Assembly: GCA_964497645.1 (NCBI GenBank)
Contig: CAZCCU010000001.1
Coordinates: 32,398 to 96,397, forward strand
DNA length: 64,000 bases
Direction: 5' to 3'
From: an uncultured Methanosarcinales archaeon
GTDB taxonomy: Archaea; Nanobdellota; Nanobdellia; Woesearchaeales; ARS49
The notes below the pieces were generated by a model. It was not told where the DNA came from. It made no database searches and saw only the letters and a program-made list of their open reading frames with translations. The position numbers and the translations under genes are program-made. Each line of letters opens with the position of its first letter. Within the stretch, counting starts at the first letter, position 1. Below, in pieces: positions 50,654 to 60,777 of the stretch.

Positions 50654-50795
50654 GAAAAGCCCGGCTTTTCCTGGTCAAGAAAACCGCAAGGTTTTCTAAG
50701 CATCACTCACAGGGCAGGTCCCAGGACCTGCCACTTAATGATTATGCAAACCCTAAAATAAATTGGCGCACCCCCCTCTTTTTCTCGCGCCAATT
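50654..50795 (+). ncRNA. Candidate structured RNA or structured 5' leader: four consecutive GC-rich hairpins
   Basis: GAAAAG-CCCGG-CTTTTC (50654-50670). GAAAACC-GCAA-GGTTTTC (50679-50696, GNRA loop). GGCAGGTC-CCAG-GACCTGCC (50713-50732). AATTGGCGC-17 nt-GCGCCAATT (50761-50795). The strand and transcript ends are unknown. Confidence 0.3.
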
Positions 50796-50809
50796 CAAAT
50801 CAACTTAGC

Positions 50810-51898
50810 ATGAGCAACATCAAAAACCCCCAACTGCTTGAACGCGTGGACGATTTCCTTAGAAACATCACCAAGGAAGACAGAGTATGCATTATACACG
50901 ACACTGATCCAGACGGAGTGTGCTCAGCCGTCATAATAGCAAAATGCATAGAACGCCTGCGCGGAAAGAAAATAGAATTGAGAATACCGCTTGATAAAAA
51001 ACAATACGGAATAACAAATTACATGAAGAAAAAAATCAAAACAAAAAAAATAACCAAACTAATCACAACAGATTTCAGCGCAGAACACGACATACCAGTT
51101 CTAAAAGAAATAGAAAAACAAGCAGACATACTTATCGTTGACCACCACAAACTCTACGCGGACTACAAAAGCAACAAAACAACCCTTTACAAACCACAAT
51201 ATTTCACGACGATAGAACCGAGCACGTACTGCACGGCAAAACTCGCATACGACGCTGCGAGTAGAGTAACAGACGTCAGCGACTTAGACTGGATGGCAGC
51301 AACAGCATGCATAGCGGACATCGCCACCGCGCCCTGGAAGAAATGGCTTTCGAACGTCTTCAAAAAGTACAAAGTAAAAATGAAAAAAGAACTCTTCCAG
51401 ACAGGCATCGGACAAGTAGCTGCCACCATCAGCAGCACAGAAGTCTATGACGTGAAACTCGTTCCCCAATGCTACGACGTCTTCTACACCGCAAAAAAAC
51501 CAGCAGACATCCTCACATCCAAACTCGGCAAGTACAAAAAAGTAATCGACAAAGAACTCAAAAAACACCTCGCATGGTTTGAAAAAAAAGCGGAAAAACA
51601 CGGCGACCTGCGCATCTACGAGCTTGTTTCACTATACAGAGTCCACTCGCCACTAAGCACGATACTGGGCCTTAAACACCCCCACAAAACCGTCATAATT
51701 ATTAATAAAACAGGCAATCCAATATCAATCAGCGCCAGAAGGCATGACAGAAAAATAGCGGTAAATAACCTGCTCGAAAGCGCAATCAAAGGCTTTGCAG
51801 GAGCGAACGCAGGAGGCCACGCCCCAGCAGCAGGAGCAGGCTTCCACAAAAAATACCTATCAACCTTCAAAAAGAGGCTAATAAAATGGAAGAACTAA
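50810..51898 (+). CDS. DHH/DHHA1-family phosphoesterase (RecJ/NrnA-like)
   Basis: Motif I IIHDTDPDGVCS, motif III IVDHHK, DHHA1 motif GGHAPAAG. Confidence 0.8.
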   Translation: MSNIKNPQLLERVDDFLRNITKEDRVCIIHDTDPDGVCSAVIIAKCIERLRGKKIELRIPLDKKQYGITNYMKKKIKTKKITKLITTDFSAEHDIPVLKEIEKQADILIVDHHKLYADYKSNKTTLYKPQYFTTIEPSTYCTAKLAYDAASRVTDVSDLDWMAATACIADIATAPWKKWLSNVFKKYKVKMKKELFQTGIGQVAATISSTEVYDVKLVPQCYDVFYTAKKPADILTSKLGKYKKVIDKELKKHLAWFEKKAEKHGDLRIYELVSLYRVHSPLSTILGLKHPHKTVIIINKTGNPISISARRHDRKIAVNNLLESAIKGFAGANAGGHAPAAGAGFHKKYLSTFKKRLIKWKN

Positions 51899-51990
51899 AA
51901 GTCGGACTGGCAGTGGCGAGCATCATAACGGCAATGACCATATTCGCAAGCATGCTAATACTCAGCGGCAGATTTGTTTTCATCACATGA
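51886..51990 (+). CDS. Unlisted 34-aa single-TM sORF candidate
   Basis: MEELKVGLAVASIITAMTIFASMLILSGRFVFIT. It overlaps the DHH 3' end by 13 nt, and its stop makes an ATGA overlap with the next gene. Supported only by this coupling geometry. Confidence 0.25.
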   Translation: MEELKVGLAVASIITAMTIFASMLILSGRFVFIT

Positions 51991-53078
51991 GCATGAAAGT
52001 TCTCATCTATTCTGGAAGCAACTGGAACGGCATTTGGTCACACAGCCATGAACTCGCAAAACATTTTGCAAAACACGACGAAGTAGTTTTTCTAAGCGTG
52101 CCAGCATGCCAAGACCCAGGCCACCCCAACATAAGCAAAAAAACAGAATGTCCAGTGCCAAAGAACACGACAGTCGTATTCTCAGACAAGGTATTCCAAA
52201 AATACACGCTTCTATATCTTATCTACACACAATTCTACACAATAGCCAAGTTCTTCTCCATGAAAAAGCCAGAACACTTTTTCCTCTACAACACATACGA
52301 CATCCCATTCTTCATACTAGCAAAACTCTTCGGCAAAAAAGTACACTTCATGTACATAGACGATTACCCAGCACTTGCAAAGCATCCGCTTCTCAAAGCA
52401 ATCTCAACAATCGGAACCTGGCTTTTTCTCAAATTCAGCGAAGACGTATTCTGCACGGCCAGAGTGCTTGAACAAAAAGCAAAAGAGCATAACAAAAATG
52501 TCTATTACGTACCAAACTCAGTAAATCTGGAAGACGCAAAAAATCTGCGCCCAAAAACAAGAAAAGAATTCATCATAGGATTCGTAGGCACAATAGGACA
52601 TTGGGTTAGAACAGATCAAATACTTGACATAGCACGCGCAATAAAAAATGCAAAAATATGGATAGTGGGATCTGGAGAAGGATTGGAAACACTGCAAGAG
52701 CACAAAAAACAGGAAAAGCTCAACAATCTTAAACTGTTTGGGTTCGTGTCTCATGAAAAAATGTACAAGCTCATGTCCCAATTTGATGTAGCCATAATCC
52801 CATTCCACATAAATGAAATAACAAACGCAGTATCACCAATCAAGCTATTCGAATACTGGCTTGCAAAAAAACCAGTCGTATGCACAAAAACAACAGAACT
52901 CGCACAGTTCAAAGACGAAGTGTTATATGCAAACAGGAGCGAAGACTTTATTAAACAACTCACGATGCTAAAAAATAGCACGGCGTTAAGAAAGAAACTG
53001 GCTGGAAAAGGGCACAAACGCGTAATAGAAAAATACAACTGGAACAAAATGATAGAGGTCTACAGAAAAGCACTATGA
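51987..53078 (+). CDS. GT4-family (GT-B) glycosyltransferase
   Basis: C-terminal EX7E-type region (ISPIKLFEYWLAKKPVVCT) and GT-B layout. Confidence 0.75.
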   Translation: MSMKVLIYSGSNWNGIWSHSHELAKHFAKHDEVVFLSVPACQDPGHPNISKKTECPVPKNTTVVFSDKVFQKYTLLYLIYTQFYTIAKFFSMKKPEHFFLYNTYDIPFFILAKLFGKKVHFMYIDDYPALAKHPLLKAISTIGTWLFLKFSEDVFCTARVLEQKAKEHNKNVYYVPNSVNLEDAKNLRPKTRKEFIIGFVGTIGHWVRTDQILDIARAIKNAKIWIVGSGEGLETLQEHKKQEKLNNLKLFGFVSHEKMYKLMSQFDVAIIPFHINEITNAVSPIKLFEYWLAKKPVVCTKTTELAQFKDEVLYANRSEDFIKQLTMLKNSTALRKKLAGKGHKRVIEKYNWNKMIEVYRKAL

Positions 53079-54232
53079 AATTCTGCATCATAGTAGGCAC
53101 GCGACCTGAGATTATCAAAATGGCACCTGTAATCAGGGAATGCCAAAAAAGCAAAATAAACTTCTTCATACTCCATAGCGGGCAACACTACGATTACAAA
53201 ATGGACAAACTCTTCTTTGAAGAACTAGAACTACCTCAACCAAAGTATAATCTCAAAGTAGGTTCACAACCATTCAGGAAACACGTAGGCCTCATGATGA
53301 AAGGAATGATGAAAATCTTCGTCAAAGAACAACCAGATGCTGTGATAATACAAGGAGACACCATAACAGTGCTTATGGGAGCAATGGCGGCAAAAAGATG
53401 GGACATTCCTGTAGCGCACCACGAAGCAGGCCTAAGAAGCCATGACCTTACAATGCCAGAAGAAATAAACAGAATATTGACAGACCATTTATCAGAATAC
53501 CTATTCGCGCCAACACAAGACTCAATAAAAAACATAAAAGAAGAAGGGCTAAACGCCAAATACTACTCCAGAACAGGAAACACCATAGTAGATGCAGTAC
53601 AACAACACATAAAACTGGCAGACAAAAAAGTAGATGTACTTAAAAAATTCAAACTCACTGCGAAAAAATACTTCTTAGTCACAGCACACAGGCAAGAAAA
53701 CGTTGATAGATCACAAAGACTTAAAGAAATTCTTGCCGGACTAGGAAAAGTAAAACAAGCTTATCCCTCTTACGAGATAATTTATCCAATGCACCCCCGC
53801 ACAAAGAAAAAAATAGCCGAATTCCAATTCACAGTGCCGAAAGGAATACGAGTCACAGAACCAGTCGGCTTTCTCGAATTCTTGCAGCTAGAAAAAAATG
53901 CGGCACTCTGCATCACTGACTCTGGAGGCGTTCAAGAAGAATCAAGCATCCTTCGTGTTCCATGCGTAACAATACGAGACAATACAGAACGACCAGAAAC
54001 CATCAAAGCAGGCATGAACATACTCGCCGGAACAGATCCCGGCAAGATACTTGATTGCGTGAAAACCATGCTGAACAAGAAAATAAAGTGGAAAATGGTA
54101 TTCGGAGACGGACACGCAGGAGAAAAGATAGTTGAAGAACTAGTACAGCAAATAAAGAAAAGAAAAAGCCCCGCAGAAAGAATGAAATGGATGATGCGGC
54201 TTCTAAAGAAAAACATTAAATCAATAGTCTGA
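53075..54232 (+). CDS. wecB: UDP-N-acetylglucosamine 2-epimerase (non-hydrolysing)
   Basis: MKFCIIVGTRPEIIKMAPV, HSGQHYD, QGDT, HHEAGLRS, TDSGGVQEE. Confidence 0.9.
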   Translation: MKFCIIVGTRPEIIKMAPVIRECQKSKINFFILHSGQHYDYKMDKLFFEELELPQPKYNLKVGSQPFRKHVGLMMKGMMKIFVKEQPDAVIIQGDTITVLMGAMAAKRWDIPVAHHEAGLRSHDLTMPEEINRILTDHLSEYLFAPTQDSIKNIKEEGLNAKYYSRTGNTIVDAVQQHIKLADKKVDVLKKFKLTAKKYFLVTAHRQENVDRSQRLKEILAGLGKVKQAYPSYEIIYPMHPRTKKKIAEFQFTVPKGIRVTEPVGFLEFLQLEKNAALCITDSGGVQEESSILRVPCVTIRDNTERPETIKAGMNILAGTDPGKILDCVKTMLNKKIKWKMVFGDGHAGEKIVEELVQQIKKRKSPAERMKWMMRLLKKNIKSIV

Positions 54233-54236
54233 TAAA

Positions 54237-54953
54237 ATGCAAAAAGCAAGCACGTATCATGATGAATATGGAAAATATGTGGTTAAAGGAAATGAAAAAG
54301 CAAGAATATACAAGATATTAAAGAACCTAAATCCGAAAGGGAGCATCCTTGATCTTGGCTGCGGAAACGGGTTTTTCTCACATTTCATGGCTACGAATTT
54401 TCAAAACATGACGGTAACTGGCTATGATGGAGATGAAAAGTACATTAAATATGCCAAAAATAAATATCGTCTGTCAAATTTATCTTTTGAATGCGTTAGA
54501 TTTGAGAATTTGGATAAGGAGTCAAGGCCAAAGTTTGATTATATAATATTTTCTGAGGTTATAGAACATTTGCCAAATGTAAATGACATATTAGTAAAAA
54601 TAAAGACCAATCTGTGTCACAAAAAAACTATCTTCATTGTTACAACAGACAACATATTCCTTTTATCGAATTTTATAAAGGAAATATATTATTCTTTCCT
54701 TAAACCAAAAATTTCATATCAACAATGGTACAAATCAGAAGGTAGAGTTTTTTGGTGGAATCATCATCTTTACACTTTTGACATACGAACATTAGCCACA
54801 ACACTTAAATTAGCAGGTTTTTCAACAATGAGCTACTATTATGAGAATCATATACCAGCTTTAAGCTCAGTCACAACTTTCTTTTTGAATACACTGGGTA
54901 CTGTAATTCCTGCTTTACGCCCTAAGGTGGTTGTTGTAACAGAGGCAGAATAG
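54237..54953 (+). CDS. Class I SAM-dependent methyltransferase
   Basis: Motif I ILDLGCGNGFF, followed by IIFSEVIEHL. Visibly AT-richer than neighbouring genes. Confidence 0.75.
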   Translation: MQKASTYHDEYGKYVVKGNEKARIYKILKNLNPKGSILDLGCGNGFFSHFMATNFQNMTVTGYDGDEKYIKYAKNKYRLSNLSFECVRFENLDKESRPKFDYIIFSEVIEHLPNVNDILVKIKTNLCHKKTIFIVTTDNIFLLSNFIKEIYYSFLKPKISYQQWYKSEGRVFWWNHHLYTFDIRTLATTLKLAGFSTMSYYYENHIPALSSVTTFFLNTLGTVIPALRPKVVVVTEAE

Positions 54954-54954
54954 G

Positions 54955-55962
54955 ATGAACTATTCCGAAAACAAAGAACTCGCACTCCAGTGGCTCAGAA
55001 GAGCGCAGAGCGTTACAGGAAAAGGATTCAGCGCGTGGTATACACCTTTTATCGGCTGGGCGCAATCGTACCCCGAAACAACAGGGTATATCATACCAAC
55101 CATTCTACGCGCAGGAAACAAGAAAGACCAAAAAAAAGTTCAACAAGCAGGAGACTGGCTTCTAAAAATCCAAATGGAAAACGGGGCAATACCCTGCATA
55201 GGCACAACAATGCCACTAGTATTCGATACAGGACAAGCAATATTCGGAATGGTAGCGCTATATAAGGAGACAAACAATAAAAAGTATCTTGAAGCAGCAA
55301 AAAAAGCTGGAGATTGGATAGTAAAACAACAAGACCCAAAAGGATACTGGGTCAAGCACGCATATCAAAACATGCCACACACGTACTATTCAAGAGTATC
55401 CTGGGCATTATTACAGCTCTGGCAAGCAACCAAAGACAAAAAATACAAACAATCAGCAGAAAAGCAGCTCGCCTGGGTGGTCAAACAACAAAAACCAAAC
55501 GGGTTTTACCTATACAGCGGATTCTTCAGAAAAGACTTAGCAGTGCTGCACACCATAGCGTACACAATAGAAGGACTCATAGAATCAGGAAAAATACTCA
55601 ATGATAAAAAGCTACTTGATTCGGCGCGAAAGACATGCGACGTGCTTGTAAAACTGTCTTCAGATGGAATACCGTACGGACATTATGATGACAAGTGGCA
55701 GCCAAGGCTCACAGGCAGATGCATAACAGGAATAGCACAAACAGCACTATGCCTATTGCGCCTAGACCCCAAAAAATATAAGTATGACGCAGAAAAAATG
55801 CTCAACTACTTATGCACAATTCAGAACAAGTCAAACAATCCAAACAAAAGAGGAGCATTTCCAGGAAGCGTACCATTTTGGGGCTGGTATATGCCATTCA
55901 GATACATCAATTGGGCGGCAAAATTCTTCATTGACGCAGTAGACGCACACCAACAAACATGA
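54955..55962 (+). CDS. Alpha/alpha-toroid repeat protein (prenyltransferase / squalene-cyclase-repeat-like or glycan-modifying)
   Basis: Repeated A-x-x-W-L/V-x-K-Q-Q-x-x-x-G units (AGDWLLKIQMENGAI, AGDWIVKQQDPKGYW, QLAWVVKQQKPNGFY). The family call is tentative. Confidence 0.4.
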   Translation: MNYSENKELALQWLRRAQSVTGKGFSAWYTPFIGWAQSYPETTGYIIPTILRAGNKKDQKKVQQAGDWLLKIQMENGAIPCIGTTMPLVFDTGQAIFGMVALYKETNNKKYLEAAKKAGDWIVKQQDPKGYWVKHAYQNMPHTYYSRVSWALLQLWQATKDKKYKQSAEKQLAWVVKQQKPNGFYLYSGFFRKDLAVLHTIAYTIEGLIESGKILNDKKLLDSARKTCDVLVKLSSDGIPYGHYDDKWQPRLTGRCITGIAQTALCLLRLDPKKYKYDAEKMLNYLCTIQNKSNNPNKRGAFPGSVPFWGWYMPFRYINWAAKFFIDAVDAHQQT

Positions 55963-57095
55963 AAAAACTAGTAGTATTCCCAGTAGACCCGCAAATAGCC
56001 TACCTGAAAAAAGGCGAAATCAAAGACCGCTATTACAACCCAGGCAACTATTTCGACGAAATACACGTAATAGACCTGTCAACAGAACAGCTAACACCAA
56101 AACAACAAGAATCAATAAGCCAACTCGCAGGAAAAGCCAAATTCATAGTACACTACTTTTACTGCCCAAGCAAACTGCACATCTTCACACTCAAAAAACA
56201 AATACTAGAAAAAGTAAAAGAAATACAACCAGACTGCATTAGAGCATTCGGCGTATACCATGAAGGCTACCTAGCAAGCTATTGCTCCAAAAAGCTAAAC
56301 ATACCATTCGTCCTATCAATACACGGCAACTACGCACACCACAAATACCTCGTAATGTGGTCGGAAAGCTTCAAAACAGGACTATTACACGTAGGCTTCC
56401 TATTCTTCTTCCTCAAACAAATAGTAAAACAAGCAAACGAAATAATATACGTGTACACACAAGCATTCGGCACAACACAAAAATACGGCCTGCCAGCAGA
56501 ACACCAACACCTCATCTACAACAAAGTATACTTCAAACCGGCAAAAAAAGAAAAACACAAAAAATTCACTTTGATATACGTCGGCAACTTCTTCCGCGTC
56601 AAAAATCAGAAATTCCTGCTTGACGTCATCGAACCCCTGGATGTAAACCTAATACTAATAGGAAAAGGACACACGAGAGAAGAACTAGTGCAGTACTGCC
56701 AGAATAAACCATCGCTCAAGAACAAAGTAACCTTCATCGAAGCAGTTCCAAATAAAGAACTGCCAAACTATTATGCAAAAGCAGATGCGTTCATCAGCGC
56801 AACACTAATACAAGAAATAGCAATACCAGCAATAGAAGCAATGGCATCAGGACTACCAATAATACACAGAAAACCATACCCTGACGAGCCAAAAGACCCA
56901 TTGCATGATGCGATGTATCTTACAGACTTCAACATACAAGCATTCAGAGACGCTATTGAAAAGTTCAAAACCAACCCGAAACTCATAAAAAAATACTCAG
57001 AAAAAAGCAAAAAAGAATTTGGAAACATAAAAGGAGAAAAAATGGAACAAAAAGAAAAACAAGTCTACCAAAAACTACTCGGAGAAAACAAATGA
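55959..57095 (+). CDS. GT4-family (GT-B) glycosyltransferase
   Basis: C-terminal ...IAIPAIEAMASGLPIIH and GT-B layout. ATGA overlap with the preceding gene. Confidence 0.75.
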   Translation: MKKLVVFPVDPQIAYLKKGEIKDRYYNPGNYFDEIHVIDLSTEQLTPKQQESISQLAGKAKFIVHYFYCPSKLHIFTLKKQILEKVKEIQPDCIRAFGVYHEGYLASYCSKKLNIPFVLSIHGNYAHHKYLVMWSESFKTGLLHVGFLFFFLKQIVKQANEIIYVYTQAFGTTQKYGLPAEHQHLIYNKVYFKPAKKEKHKKFTLIYVGNFFRVKNQKFLLDVIEPLDVNLILIGKGHTREELVQYCQNKPSLKNKVTFIEAVPNKELPNYYAKADAFISATLIQEIAIPAIEAMASGLPIIHRKPYPDEPKDPLHDAMYLTDFNIQAFRDAIEKFKTNPKLIKKYSEKSKKEFGNIKGEKMEQKEKQVYQKLLGENK

Positions 57096-57916
57096 GCCTG
57101 TTCACAAAACCCATGTCAAGCTACAAAAAAGTACATGGGGTAATAGTGCTGAACATAAACCCTGAAATAGAAAAATACCAAAAACAAAAGCCAAACTGGT
57201 ATGTAGTATCGCAAGGAAAAGTCAGAGACATATACAAACACCAGCACGACCTAAGAAGAAAACTACTCCAAGACGACGTTGAAAAAATAATAGCGTCATC
57301 AAAAAAAGAAAAACTCGTGTTTCTCGACGTAGGCTGCGGAGACGGATGGGGCATCAAAGACGTTGAAAAATACAAAAAAAGACTAGACCTTTACGGATGC
57401 GACTACAACATGCTCAGATTGCTAAGAGCCAAAAAACTCGTGCCAAGCGCCACAATCTTTCTCACAGACGTGAATGAGGAAATGATAAAGCCCAACAGCT
57501 GTGACATAATACTTCTAAACCACGTGCTGGAACACGTTCCAAAAGATGTTGAGCTGTTAAAAAAATTATATTCATACCTAGCGCCAGGCGGACGCCTGCT
57601 TTTAGGAGTTCCCCAAGAAGGAGCGCTCCCATACTTTATACGTGACAGAATAATAGAACCATACCTGATGCTACTCACAGACCACGTACACTTCTACAAA
57701 GACACAGAAGTAATAGAAAAAGTAAAAAACGCAGGATTCAAAGTAGTAAGACTAGACCACCTTAACTATGCTTTCCCGCACTCAATAATAGACAGACACC
57801 TAAGAAAATCAAAAAGAATACACGACTTCATGGAAAAATTAGGCAAAAAAGTCTGGCCAAGAATGGGCGCTGGCGCACTATGGATGATAGCCAGAAAACC
57901 AAGCAAAAACTTATAA
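57092..57916 (+). CDS. Class I SAM-dependent methyltransferase
   Basis: Motif I FLDVGCGDGWG, followed by ILLNHVLEHV. Confidence 0.75.
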   Translation: MSLFTKPMSSYKKVHGVIVLNINPEIEKYQKQKPNWYVVSQGKVRDIYKHQHDLRRKLLQDDVEKIIASSKKEKLVFLDVGCGDGWGIKDVEKYKKRLDLYGCDYNMLRLLRAKKLVPSATIFLTDVNEEMIKPNSCDIILLNHVLEHVPKDVELLKKLYSYLAPGGRLLLGVPQEGALPYFIRDRIIEPYLMLLTDHVHFYKDTEVIEKVKNAGFKVVRLDHLNYAFPHSIIDRHLRKSKRIHDFMEKLGKKVWPRMGAGALWMIARKPSKNL

Positions 57917-57937
57917 ACCACCAAAAACGACTTTCAA

Positions 57938-59158
57938 ATGAGTGATGCAATGAAAATCTGCGTTATAGGACTAGGATACATAGGACTTCCAACAGCTCTA
58001 TTGATGGCAAAAGCAGGCCTGCAAGTAACAGGATACGACGTTATCAATGAAAAAATAGAAATGCTCAACAAAGGAAAAATGCCCTTTGAAGAAAAAGGCC
58101 TGCCAGAACTATTTGAAGAAGCAAAGAAAAACTTCAAAGCAACAAACAAGCTCACAGAAAGCCATGATGCATATATCATCTGCGTACCAACGCCACACAC
58201 AAAAGGCAAAAAATGCGATTACGCATACACAATCTCAGCAACAGAAGCGATAGTTTCAGTGCTCAAAAAAGGAGCGCTAGTCGTTCTTGAATCCACAGTC
58301 GGACCAGGAGCAACAGAACACGTAGTAAAACCAATCCTTGAAAAAACAGGACTAAAAGCAGGCAAAGACTTTTCACTCGCAATGGTATCAGAAAAAGCAA
58401 TACCGGGAAGCACCCTGCACGAAATGATACACAACGCAAGAATAATAGGCGGATACGACGAGCAAAGCAGAAAGAAAGCCAACGAAATCTACAAGAGCTT
58501 CGTAAAAGGAGAAATTATCCTAACCGACTGCACAACATCAGAAACAGTTAAACTAGTAGAAAACACTTACCGAGACATAAACATAGCATTCGCAAACGAC
58601 CTAGCAAAAATCTGCGCGCACCTAAAAATAAACGTCTGGGACGTAATAGCATACGCCAACAAACACCCAAGAGTACACGTTCACCAGCCAGGACCAGGAG
58701 TAGGAGGGCATTGCATAGCAATAGACCCCTGGTTCCTGATAGAAGACAAGCACAGCGAACTGGTCAAAGTGGCGAGAGAAATCAACGACGGCATGCCACA
58801 CTACATCTTCTCAAAAATACAACGCACGGCAAAAGAGAAAAAAATAACGCCAAAAATAGCAATACTCGGAGTGGCATACAAGAAAAACGTAGACGATCCA
58901 AGAGAAAGCCCGGCAATAGAAATAATAAGATTGATAAAAGAAAAAAAATGGCAAGTGGTTGCACACGACCCGCACGTCACAAGATTCGATTACCCGCTTG
59001 AAAAAGACGTGAACAAAATACTCAAAGACGCAAACATGATAGTAATCGTCACAGACCACGACTTTTACAAAACAGTCTCATTGCCAAAGAACAAAATCAT
59101 AATAGACACGAGAAATATGGGAATTCCTGGAAGCATCCTGTTAGGACGAGACTTTTAA
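57938..59158 (+). CDS. wecC: UDP-N-acetyl-D-mannosamine (nucleotide-sugar) dehydrogenase
   Basis: Rossmann motif KICVIGLGYIGLP, catalytic region GPGVGGHCI, UDPG/MGDP dehydrogenase layout. The start may be ATG 57950. Confidence 0.85.
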   Translation: MSDAMKICVIGLGYIGLPTALLMAKAGLQVTGYDVINEKIEMLNKGKMPFEEKGLPELFEEAKKNFKATNKLTESHDAYIICVPTPHTKGKKCDYAYTISATEAIVSVLKKGALVVLESTVGPGATEHVVKPILEKTGLKAGKDFSLAMVSEKAIPGSTLHEMIHNARIIGGYDEQSRKKANEIYKSFVKGEIILTDCTTSETVKLVENTYRDINIAFANDLAKICAHLKINVWDVIAYANKHPRVHVHQPGPGVGGHCIAIDPWFLIEDKHSELVKVAREINDGMPHYIFSKIQRTAKEKKITPKIAILGVAYKKNVDDPRESPAIEIIRLIKEKKWQVVAHDPHVTRFDYPLEKDVNKILKDANMIVIVTDHDFYKTVSLPKNKIIIDTRNMGIPGSILLGRDF

Positions 59159-60126
59159 TGGCGAGCTTAAAAAACAAAACAATTCTTATAACAGGAGGAG
59201 CAGGCGCCATAGGAACCAATTTAGTAAGCGCCCTATTGCCAATAGCAAGCAAAATAATAGTCGTAGATGACTTATCATCAGGACACCAAGAATTTGTTGG
59301 CAAAAACAAAAAAGTGGTCTTCATAAAAAAATCAATAAATGATGACAGACTCTACCACCAACTCGCAAAGCACCCAATAGAAGTAGTATTTCACCTGGCA
59401 GCACACTTTGCAAACCAAAACTCCGTAGAGCACCCGCTAAAAGACCTTGAAGTAAACGGGACCGGAACACTAAAACTACTTGAGTACGCAGTCGCAAGCA
59501 AAATAAAAAAATTCATCTACGCATCATCATCCTGCGTGTATGGAAACGCAGAAGGATCAGTAAAAGAAAACGCGCCATTCCACCTAGACACCCCATACGC
59601 CATCACAAAACTCCTAGGCGAGAGCTATGCAAAGTTCTTTCACGAATATCACGGCTTAAGCACAGTCATACTAAGACTCTTCAACTCATTCGGACCAGGA
59701 GAACTGGCAGGCAAGTACAGAAACGTAATACCAAACTTTCTTGATGCAGCAATAAAAGGCAAGCCGCTAACGATAACAGGAACAGGAAAAGAAACAAGAG
59801 ACTTCAACTGGGTAGGAAATGTAGTCCATGCCTTCATTGCATCAGCAGAAAAAGACAAAGCGGAAGGAGAAACATTCAACATTGGCTCTGGAAAAGAAAC
59901 AGCAATCACAGAACTTGCAAACCTAATAAAAGAAATCACCGGAAGCAAATCACAAGTAGTCTACACTGAAAGAAGAAGCTGGGACCATGTACTAAGAAGA
60001 AAAGCAGACATAACAAAAGCCCAAAAAATACTAGGCTACAAACCAGAAATCAACCTGGCAAAGCACCTGAAAGCAACATACGACTGGTACAGAAAACAAA
60101 AACACCCATTGAGACAAGCAGAATAA
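59158..60126 (+). CDS. Extended SDR NAD-dependent nucleotide-sugar epimerase/dehydratase (UDP-glucuronate decarboxylase-like)
   Basis: ILITGGAGAIGTNL, ASSSCVYG, YAITK (YxxxK). Confidence 0.85.
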   Translation: MASLKNKTILITGGAGAIGTNLVSALLPIASKIIVVDDLSSGHQEFVGKNKKVVFIKKSINDDRLYHQLAKHPIEVVFHLAAHFANQNSVEHPLKDLEVNGTGTLKLLEYAVASKIKKFIYASSSCVYGNAEGSVKENAPFHLDTPYAITKLLGESYAKFFHEYHGLSTVILRLFNSFGPGELAGKYRNVIPNFLDAAIKGKPLTITGTGKETRDFNWVGNVVHAFIASAEKDKAEGETFNIGSGKETAITELANLIKEITGSKSQVVYTERRSWDHVLRRKADITKAQKILGYKPEINLAKHLKATYDWYRKQKHPLRQAE

Positions 60127-60777
60127 TCATTTCTTCTCAACAACAAAAATCAAACGAAAAGCAACCTTCTGAAAAAGCTTATTCTTAATGAACTTCTTAT
60201 CAAACATCTTAAAAAAGTCAGGAATCAACTGCCTGTACAAGATTTCCCGCACCTTAAAGCCCGCATCATTAATCATCTTAATCAAAGCGCCCATGCTCCA
60301 ATGAAACTGAGGGCAATCAGAAAACATAAAACGATCATACCAAGAATTAACAGAATGAATGTTGCCAAACTCAAAAATACCAATGCCCTTTTTCTTCAAT
60401 ACACGACAAATCTCTTTCATTGCCTCATCAATTTCATTTATGTAGTATAGTGTACTAAAGGAATAAGCAAGATCAAATTCATTATCCAAAAAAGGCATAT
60501 GGATAATATCGCCCACAACTGCTTCCATTCTCTTTGAATCGAATTCATCACGCGCTTTCAAAACTTCAATACTCTCCTTAGAAAAGTCAATACCGGAGAT
60601 TTTATGATTAGGCAACGTCAACAAATAGTTGCCTGTTCCGCAACCAATGTCCAAGACTTTTTTTATAGGCAAATTGAATTTGTTCAATAGTTGCACTCTC
60701 CAAGGACTTAAAACAATTGGATATTTCTTGGCCCATTTAGCATAATATTTCTTTGTTTTAACCTGATACTTTTCCAT
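60127..60777 (-). CDS. Class I SAM-dependent methyltransferase
   Basis: Motif I VLDIGCGTGNY. Its stop abuts the stop of the convergent SDR gene with zero spacing. Confidence 0.75.
   Translation of the reverse strand: MEKYQVKTKKYYAKWAKKYPIVLSPWRVQLLNKFNLPIKKVLDIGCGTGNYLLTLPNHKISGIDFSKESIEVLKARDEFDSKRMEAVVGDIIHMPFLDNEFDLAYSFSTLYYINEIDEAMKEICRVLKKKGIGIFEFGNIHSVNSWYDRFMFSDCPQFHWSMGALIKMINDAGFKVREILYRQLIPDFFKMFDKKFIKNKLFQKVAFRLIFVVEKK

Noticed and set aside
50654-50795. Assigning the hairpin cluster to a known RNA class (C/D box, H/ACA, SRP, RNase P, tRNA-like)
   Set aside because: No convincing C (RUGAUGA) or D (CUGA) boxes are present. There is no ACA trailer at the correct distance from a pseudouridylation pocket. 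The element is far too short for SRP or RNase P RNA. It is kept only as an unclassified candidate.
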